DNA of 64,000 bases from Candidatus Magasanikiibacteriota bacterium (GTDB taxonomy: Bacteria > Patescibacteriota > Patescibacteriia > Magasanikbacterales > UBA922). Of the stretch, positions 57,394 through 64,000 are shown one piece after another. The stretch is taken from assembly GCA_041674805.1 (NCBI GenBank), contig JBAYVA010000001.1, forward strand, positions 262,612-326,611, in the 5' to 3' direction. Below the pieces are notes generated by a model. That model was not told the DNA's origin, did not search any database, and saw only the letters and a list, made by a program, of their open reading frames with translations. The position numbers and the translations under genes were made by a program. Each line of letters starts with the position of its first letter. Position 1 is the first letter of the stretch.

Positions 57394-59262
57394 GTGATTG
57401 CCAAAATTATTCCACTCACAAGATTACCAAGAACTTTTTCTTTTTTTGATTATCAAGTTAATGCTGATTTTGCAACTTCAATCAAAACAGGTCAACTAGT
57501 AAAAATACCTTTTCGTAACAAAGAAATATTTGGTGTCATTTTTGATATAGAAAAAAATCTAAACAATGATAAGCTAAAAGAAATAAAAGATATTGTAAAT
57601 AACACTCCCCTATTTAGCAAAAAACAATTGGAACTATTTTTACTATTATCACAAGTCTATTTAGTTTCTACTTCTATATTTTTGAAAATGAGTTTGCTAC
57701 CATTACAAAAAAGAAAATTGAAAAATATTGAAATAAAATTAGCAGAAAAAAATAATATAAAAACGATAGATGAAAATACTTCTTATTTTTTTTATCAAAA
57801 TTCAGAAGAACATCAGGAAGTTTATAAAAATATTACTGAGAATACTTTGATAATCGTACCAGAAATAAGCCAAATAAAAGACATCCTACAAATTTTGCCA
57901 GAAAACTTGAAAGAAAAAACTATAGTTTGGTATTCAGAACTTAGCGAAAAACAAAAATTTGAAAATTGGCTAAAAATAAAAAATGAAGAAAAAACTATTA
58001 TTATAGGCACACGCAATACTTTGTTTTTGCCATTTAACAATCTAAAAAATATTATTATAGATTATGAACACAATGACAATATAAAAAGTTGGGATAGCTC
58101 ACCAAAATTTCATGCCAAAGACATTGTAAAATATTTACAAAAACTTTATAATTGTCAACTCACTTTTGCTAGTTTTTCACCAAGTTTTGAAAAATACTAT
58201 GAAATAAGCAAAGAAAAAATTAGCTACAATAAAAAATTAAATACAAATAAAACTTTGTTTGAAAATACAAATGACAAACTACCAAGTTTGATTAATTATA
58301 ATTATTTTTCCAATAAACAAAATATTTTTTCTCTAGATTTAGAAGACAAAATAAAAAATACAACTGAAAATGTTTTTATCTATATCAATCGCAAAGGTTA
58401 TAGCACTACCACTATTTGTCAAAAATGTAATTATATAGAAACCGACCCAAAAACAGGCTTGCCACTCATCTATATCAAAGAAAAAAATATTTTATATTCA
58501 CCTTATAGCAAATTTAGCAAAACTTACTCAGCTACTTGTCCCAAATGTCAAAATGAATTAGTCAAAAATTATGGTTTTGGAATTGAACAAGTGGCTGACG
58601 AAATTAGCAAATTATTGCCAAAAGAAAATTATCAAATTTTCCAAATAGACAAAGAAAATAATAAAATAGATTTGCAAGAAGAAAAACAAAATATTATAAT
58701 TGGCACAGACGCAGCTTTCAAAAACATTCAATGGGAAAAAATTTCCCTAGTTATTTTCTTGGACATAGACAGACAATTAGCAATACCTGAATATTTGAAT
58801 ATAGAAAATATTTGGCATACTATTCAAGAAATAAATTATTATCGTAAAATAAATAGCGAATTTGTAATTCCAACCAACAAAGTTGAGCATCCCCTATTCA
58901 AATCTTTGAATGAAAAAGATAGAATCTACCGAACAGAATTGAATAATAGACAAAAACTAGGTTTGTCACCTTACAAATACTTAGTCAAATATTACTATGG
59001 TGCCGAACAAGACTGGCTGAGCAAAAATAAGCTAAGTGAAGCCACAAACAACATTTCTCAACTATTGACAAAAAACTCAAAAAATGTTACTATTCTGGGT
59101 CCTTACGAGATGCAACCAAAGTACTTTCGTAGACAATATTGGTATTGTTTGGTACTCAAAATAAACGAAAAAAATCCTTTGAACCTAATAAAAGATATAA
59201 ATCAAAATATACCAGATAATTTCAAAATAGATCCTAATCCTATCAGTTTGCTTTCTCCTTAA
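57394..59262 (+). CDS. priA: PriA-like primosomal protein N' with degenerate ATPase motifs
   Basis: N-terminal 3'-DNA-binding domain (RTFSFFDYQV...GQLVKIPFRNKEIFGVI), CxxC...CxxC region, and conserved priA-def-fmt gene order. Walker A is absent (NSEEHQEVY where GSGKTEVY is expected) and DEEH becomes DYEH. Confidence 0.65.
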   Translation: MIAKIIPLTRLPRTFSFFDYQVNADFATSIKTGQLVKIPFRNKEIFGVIFDIEKNLNNDKLKEIKDIVNNTPLFSKKQLELFLLLSQVYLVSTSIFLKMSLLPLQKRKLKNIEIKLAEKNNIKTIDENTSYFFYQNSEEHQEVYKNITENTLIIVPEISQIKDILQILPENLKEKTIVWYSELSEKQKFENWLKIKNEEKTIIIGTRNTLFLPFNNLKNIIIDYEHNDNIKSWDSSPKFHAKDIVKYLQKLYNCQLTFASFSPSFEKYYEISKEKISYNKKLNTNKTLFENTNDKLPSLINYNYFSNKQNIFSLDLEDKIKNTTENVFIYINRKGYSTTTICQKCNYIETDPKTGLPLIYIKEKNILYSPYSKFSKTYSATCPKCQNELVKNYGFGIEQVADEISKLLPKENYQIFQIDKENNKIDLQEEKQNIIIGTDAAFKNIQWEKISLVIFLDIDRQLAIPEYLNIENIWHTIQEINYYRKINSEFVIPTNKVEHPLFKSLNEKDRIYRTELNNRQKLGLSPYKYLVKYYYGAEQDWLSKNKLSEATNNISQLLTKNSKNVTILGPYEMQPKYFRRQYWYCLVLKINEKNPLNLIKDINQNIPDNFKIDPNPISLLSP

Positions 59263-59265
59263 AAT

Positions 59266-59766
59266 ATGAATTTAAAAATTGTTACAATTCCAAATGAAAA
59301 CTTGAGAAAAAGATCCATAGAAGTTGATCTTGATTTTGTGCGTGATGAATCAAATCAAGATTTTTTTGATGATATGATACAAACTATGTATGAAGATGAT
59401 GGTATTGGACTAGCTGCTCCGCAAGTTGGTAAAAATATTCGTGTTTGTGTGATTGGAAAAGAAGCTTTAAAAAAAGACAAACAAAATAAACTAGACAATA
59501 ATAAAGACTTGGTTTTAATAAATCCTATGTGGCAAAAAACCACAAAAAACACAAACATTGATTTAGAAGGCTGTCTTTCTGTACCAAAAACTTATGGCAA
59601 AGTAAAACGCTACAAAAATATTTATGTAGAAGCCCTAAATAGAAAAGGTGAAAAAATAAAGTTTGAAGCCAATAATTTCTTTGCTCGCGTCATCCAACAT
59701 GAAGTAGATCATCTTGATGGTGTACTTTTTATTGATAAAGCGAAGGGAATCTACCAAGTTGAATAA
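59266..59766 (+). CDS. def: peptide deformylase
   Basis: GIGLAAPQVG, EGCLSVP and HEVDHLDG motifs. Confidence 0.9.
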   Translation: MNLKIVTIPNENLRKRSIEVDLDFVRDESNQDFFDDMIQTMYEDDGIGLAAPQVGKNIRVCVIGKEALKKDKQNKLDNNKDLVLINPMWQKTTKNTNIDLEGCLSVPKTYGKVKRYKNIYVEALNRKGEKIKFEANNFFARVIQHEVDHLDGVLFIDKAKGIYQVE

Positions 59767-59771
59767 TTTTT

Positions 59772-60722
59772 ATGAAACCATTAAAAAATGAAAACACAAA
59801 AAAAATAAAGATTGTTTTTTTTGGAACACACGAATTTGCGAAAACAATTTTACAAGGATTAATAAATAGTCCTCTTTTTGAAATAGAAAAAGTTATCACT
59901 CAACCAGATAAACCAGTGGGACGTAAACAGATTTTGCAAAAATCTCCTGTTAAAATTCTAGCCGAAGAAAATAATCTTAATATTGACCAACCAGAAAGCT
60001 TAAAGAACTATGAACTAAGAACTATTAACTCTGAACTTTTCATAGTTGCTCAATACGGACTGCTTATTCCAGAAAATATTTTGAATATTCCAAAATTTGG
60101 AACAATAAATACTCACACTTCCCTACTGCCAAAATACCGAGGAGCTTCTCCTATTCAATCAGCAATTCTAAATGGTGAAACAAAAACAGGTGTGACAATT
60201 ATGCTAATGAACAAAGGTATGGATTCTGGACCTATTTTGAGTCAAAAAACAGTAAAAATATTACCAGATGAAACTTATATAGATTTAGATACAAAAATGG
60301 CGCAAATCGCCTCACAATTGCTTCTAGATACTGTACCAAAATATATTAATGATGAAATAAAACCACAAACTCAAAATGAAACTGAAATAACATTTTGTAA
60401 AAAATTAGATAGAGATGATGGCAAAATTGATTGGAAAAAATCTACAACAGAAATTTACAATCAATATCGTGCTTTTACACCTTGGCCAGGTGTTTGGACT
60501 CTTTGGAATGACAAACGACTAAAACTTTTGGTAACAGAAAAATCTGATAAAAAAATAGAAATTGGTCAAGTAATTATAGAAAATGACATAATATATATTG
60601 GTACAGCTGATAGTTCAATAAAAATATCAAAGTTACAGCTAGAAGGAAAACCTATCATGGATGCCAAAGCATTTATAAATGGCTATGGCAAACAATTTGC
60701 TAAAGAGCTAATGTCATTCTGA
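59772..60722 (+). CDS. fmt: methionyl-tRNA formyltransferase
   Basis: KIVFFGTHEFA N-terminus and HTSLLPKYRGASPIQ (SLLP motif). Confidence 0.9.
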   Translation: MKPLKNENTKKIKIVFFGTHEFAKTILQGLINSPLFEIEKVITQPDKPVGRKQILQKSPVKILAEENNLNIDQPESLKNYELRTINSELFIVAQYGLLIPENILNIPKFGTINTHTSLLPKYRGASPIQSAILNGETKTGVTIMLMNKGMDSGPILSQKTVKILPDETYIDLDTKMAQIASQLLLDTVPKYINDEIKPQTQNETEITFCKKLDRDDGKIDWKKSTTEIYNQYRAFTPWPGVWTLWNDKRLKLLVTEKSDKKIEIGQVIIENDIIYIGTADSSIKISKLQLEGKPIMDAKAFINGYGKQFAKELMSF

Positions 60723-60774
60723 ACCTACGAAGTAAGGTGAAGGATCCCTGACAGCAGACAAGTTTCATATAATT

Positions 60775-61491
60775 TTAAGAAAGATGATGCTTCTTTAAAA
60801 TAATGTTTCTAGCATTTTCATACTTCTTTACTTTTTCACTCCACCATGGCAAATTTTTCCATGGTTTTTTGTAAGCAAATTTCGGCAACCAACCACTTAT
60901 TATTCCCGTAGAAATGATTGTAAACAAATATTCATCAATCCATTCTCCTTTTTTACCAAGTTCTACCATAGTAAGCCACAAATCCCAATCTTGAAAACGT
61001 TTTAATTTTTCATCAAACATTGGAAAATCCTCCCGACGAATAAGTGAACTGGTATGTATGTAATTGTTTTTTTGTAATTGTATCGGTGAAAATTTTTGTG
61101 CCAACATTTTTTTCTTACCCAAATTAAAACTAGAATAAACAAAATTAACATCTTGTTTTTCATCCAAAATTTTAGCCATTTTATTTAACATATTACTTTC
61201 AGCTTCAATATCTGCATCCCAAAATATAACATAATCTCCTTTTGACAATTCAAAACCTTTGTTTCTAGCAACTGGAGCACCTTTGTTTTCTTGACGGTAA
61301 TAACTAATGTTTACGTTTATATTTTTTTTCACATTCCTCATTCCCCTTTCCACATTCCCCTCGACACTGCCATCATCCACCACAATAATTTCTTTATTCT
61401 CATAATTTTGTTGTGTAGCCGAAAGTAAAGACTTATCAAAAATCTCGGCACGATTATAAACTGGGATAATAATACTAATCAATTTTGACAT
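60775..61491 (-). CDS. family 2 glycosyltransferase
   Basis: ISIIIPVYNRAEIF...VVDDGS and DAD motif. Confidence 0.8.
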   Translation of the reverse strand: MSKLISIIIPVYNRAEIFDKSLLSATQQNYENKEIIVVDDGSVEGNVERGMRNVKKNINVNISYYRQENKGAPVARNKGFELSKGDYVIFWDADIEAESNMLNKMAKILDEKQDVNFVYSSFNLGKKKMLAQKFSPIQLQKNNYIHTSSLIRREDFPMFDEKLKRFQDWDLWLTMVELGKKGEWIDEYLFTIISTGIISGWLPKFAYKKPWKNLPWWSEKVKKYENARNIILKKHHLS

Positions 61492-62581
61492 ATATTTTTT
61501 TGTATCTAACTAAAATTGGAAAAATTAAATATAAGATAGCTACACTTACAAAAGCTTCTTTCAAAAAACCTAAATAAACAATAAAAGCCACTAATCCAAG
61601 TATAAAAAAACGTCCAATATTTAAATACAGCTCTCTTGAAATCCAAGTTATCGGACCATTGGACACTTTATCAAACAAAATATTTGATCTAAGAGGATTA
61701 AACAGTATAGTAATAAATCTAAACAACACAATCAAAACAACAGACCAAAACAAACTATTCACAAAATAAAAAGATATCATCACCAAAGCAGACAAAAAGG
61801 ATAGAGGCCAAATAAATTCTATTCTTTTTTTGAATTTATCAGAAATTTTGGCAAGTTTAAAAGAAAAGACAATAGAAATTAAAGCTATGATTGATAATAT
61901 TTTACCAAAATCAAATTCATCTTTAATAAAATTAAGTAAAAATAAAGCAATCAATAACTGTGAAACATTTTGTAGTCCGCCATCCAACATGGTAATAGTA
62001 CGAACACCTTTTATATGCACTAATATATCTTTTAATTTATATTTGTAAGTAGCATTTTTAACATAATGTATCAAACATAAACCAATCAACAAAACCAAGA
62101 TTGCCAAAATAATGAAACCTAACAATCCAAATCTTAAAAATATATAACCTCCAAGCAAAGGGGCAACAATTCCTACCACAGTACCAATGGCCCAATAAAC
62201 AGTCATCTTGTGAACTTTTTTATCTTGATTAGTACTCTCAAAAAATAAAATATTGTAAGGTATAAAAAACATGATAGCACCAGCTATTTTTAAAACCATA
62301 TAGGGTATCAACAAATAGTACGCAGAAAAAGGCAATAACAAAACTAACAGAGCACACAATATCAATAAATAACCAATAAGAATATCTCTTTTTGTAGCGA
62401 AATTACGCTTAAAAAAAATAAAGATTACCGCAAACAGATAACCCAAAGCTTCAGCTAGTATAATATGCCAAAAATTTATTTCATTTTTGACAAAATAAAC
62501 ATACAAAATAGAAATAAATCCAGCTTGAACCATCATGTAGATAGCTTGCAACCACCAAATTTTGAAATATTTTTCAATCAC
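61475..62581 (-). CDS. polytopic membrane protein (MFS-transporter-like)
   Basis: 368 aa with about 10-12 TM helices. No catalytic motifs recognised. Confidence 0.4.
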   Translation of the reverse strand: MIEKYFKIWWLQAIYMMVQAGFISILYVYFVKNEINFWHIILAEALGYLFAVIFIFFKRNFATKRDILIGYLLILCALLVLLLPFSAYYLLIPYMVLKIAGAIMFFIPYNILFFESTNQDKKVHKMTVYWAIGTVVGIVAPLLGGYIFLRFGLLGFIILAILVLLIGLCLIHYVKNATYKYKLKDILVHIKGVRTITMLDGGLQNVSQLLIALFLLNFIKDEFDFGKILSIIALISIVFSFKLAKISDKFKKRIEFIWPLSFLSALVMISFYFVNSLFWSVVLIVLFRFITILFNPLRSNILFDKVSNGPITWISRELYLNIGRFFILGLVAFIVYLGFLKEAFVSVAILYLIFPILVRYKKIYVKID

Positions 62582-62585
62582 ACAA

Positions 62586-63875
62586 TTATTTTTTAGCTAA
62601 AAATTCTCTAACAATCTTCCTATCATCCCAAGCAATCATCTTACCACCAGCCACACACATTCCTTGTTCACTGCCTTTGCCAGTAACCAAAATCAAATCC
62701 CCTTTTTCTGCCATCTCAACAGCTTTACAAATGGCTTCTTTTCTATCCAAAATTTTTAAAAGATTTTTATTAATTTCTTTTCCTTGTTTGCTAACAGCAG
62801 TAGCGACATCATCAATAATTTCTTGTGGATCATCTTCATAAGGATCTTCGTCAGTAACAATACAAATATCAGATCTCTTGCCAATCATCTCACCCAGTTT
62901 GAAACGTCTATCTTTGTCACGTCCACCACCAGTCGAACCAAAAACATGAATTATTTTACCCGTAGGTTTCAACAAAGCTACAACTTGATAAAGTTTTTCC
63001 ATAGCAACTGGCTCAAAAGCATAATCAACTATTACATCAAAACCTTTTTCTTTAGCTTCAGAGATAAATTCATTTCTACCTGGAACATTTTTGAAATGAC
63101 TTACAGCTTTTATAATCACATCCCAAATAATATCAAAATCACGTGCAACAGCAATCGCCGCTGCTATATTATAAATATTATGTTCACCATACATAGGCGC
63201 TTGCAATTTATGATTTTCAATTTCAAAATGCAAACCATCATTTTTTGTTTGTTGATTTAAAATATTTGTACCAAAAATAATTTTTTTATCAAAATTAAAT
63301 TGCAAAAATTCATCTTTGTATTCAGAATTCCCATTTACAATAGCAGTCTTACCAATAGATTTTTTATTTATAATTTTTGATTTATAATTTTCCACATATT
63401 CAAAAATATCCAATTTTGCTTGTTTATACGCCTCAAAAGAACCATGTGAATCAATATGCTCTGGATACAAATTTGTCAAAATCATCATATCATAATTAAT
63501 AAAACTATGACGATATTGCAATCTACCTTCAGAAGTTGTTTCAACAATAGCAACATCACATTTCTTATCTACCATTTCACGTAAATATTTTTGAATTTGC
63601 ATACGCCCAAGCATTGTCATCTTTTGGTCATTCAATTTTTCTTCACCTGCCACATAAAAATCAATAGTAGAAAGTGAACCCACACGCATACCAGCACTTT
63701 CCAAAATTTGTCGCAACAAATAAGCAGTCGTAGATTTACCACTAGTACCAGTAATACCAATAACTATTAATTCTTCTGAAGGGTGATGATATTTGAAAGC
63801 ACCTAACCAAGCAAAAAATAAATGACGCAAATTTAATATTTTTTTTGGTATTAATTTTTTTACAATTTTTTTCAT
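62586..63875 (-). CDS. MurE-like Mur ligase with very short N-terminal region
   Basis: IGITGTSGKSTT P-loop. MurE-like C-terminus ...DRKEAICKAVEMAEKGDLILVTGKGSEQ. TDEDPYEDDP sits at the DNPR-motif position. Confidence 0.65.
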   Translation of the reverse strand: MKKIVKKLIPKKILNLRHLFFAWLGAFKYHHPSEELIVIGITGTSGKSTTAYLLRQILESAGMRVGSLSTIDFYVAGEEKLNDQKMTMLGRMQIQKYLREMVDKKCDVAIVETTSEGRLQYRHSFINYDMMILTNLYPEHIDSHGSFEAYKQAKLDIFEYVENYKSKIINKKSIGKTAIVNGNSEYKDEFLQFNFDKKIIFGTNILNQQTKNDGLHFEIENHKLQAPMYGEHNIYNIAAAIAVARDFDIIWDVIIKAVSHFKNVPGRNEFISEAKEKGFDVIVDYAFEPVAMEKLYQVVALLKPTGKIIHVFGSTGGGRDKDRRFKLGEMIGKRSDICIVTDEDPYEDDPQEIIDDVATAVSKQGKEINKNLLKILDRKEAICKAVEMAEKGDLILVTGKGSEQGMCVAGGKMIAWDDRKIVREFLAKK

Positions 63876-64000
63876 AAAACTGATTACATTGATTATAACC
63901 TATTAGGTTGATTATACTGATTTTTTTATAATTTAACAATTAGATTAACTTTCTTTGTAAATATCTCAGTGTAATATATGATTAATCATTTTTACTCAGT

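Overview
This is an AT-rich (about 30% GC) bacterial chromosomal segment with 1-4 nt gene overlaps, many TTG/GTG starts and mostly weak or absent Shine-Dalgarno sequences. The gene content suggests an ultra-small, fermentative Patescibacteria/CPR-like or similar reduced-genome organism; this is inference. Almost everything is housekeeping and is carried mainly on the minus strand.

Genes I can support, in window order:
- tRNA synthetases: gltX, serS, lysS, proS, metG.
- A dcw-like cell-wall cluster: MurF, a DegT-family aminotransferase, two FemAB-family transferases and an FtsQ-like protein. A MurE-like ligase lies elsewhere in the window.
- The elongasome operon mreB-mreC-mreD-PBP2, followed by greA.
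- A complete F1Fo ATP synthase operon in the order atpZ/I, B, E, F, H, A, G, D, C.
- A seven-gene Hyf/complex-I-like membrane module placed immediately downstream of the ATP synthase operon. Both of its 'catalytic' subunits lack the cysteine ligands for [NiFe] and Fe-S cofactors (Ehr-like). It is followed by a CBS-pair protein and an ArsB/NhaD permease.
- A priA-def-fmt cluster in which the PriA-like protein has degenerate ATPase motifs.
- TatD, CvpA, RsmI, TrmH, an M23 peptidase, a UvrD-helicase/PD-(D/E)XK-nuclease fusion, an ABC exporter, and several hypothetical proteins.

No rRNA, tRNA, CRISPR array, transposase or integrase was recognised.

Regions most worth a second look:
- A 1.1-kb GC-rich island at 31740-32880 with a ~205-bp tandem duplicated module. 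Each copy carries a near-consensus sigma70 promoter, a conserved structured leader with an SD, and a GC-rich ORF (42 aa and 140 aa) with a hydrophobic N-terminus, followed by an intrinsic terminator.
- The cofactor-less Hyf-like module beside the ATP synthase operon.
- A 50-aa protein with 11 cysteines, not in the ORF track, next to the ABC exporter.
- A 0.9-kb gene-free region containing an exact 14-bp inverted repeat with a dif-like half-site, plus a candidate small structured RNA.
- Two short intergenic repeat/motif families: GAGATAA-type and ATCCGCGTCTA.
- A GC-rich zinc-ribbon gene.

Coordinates of features I located by eye may be off by a few nucleotides.
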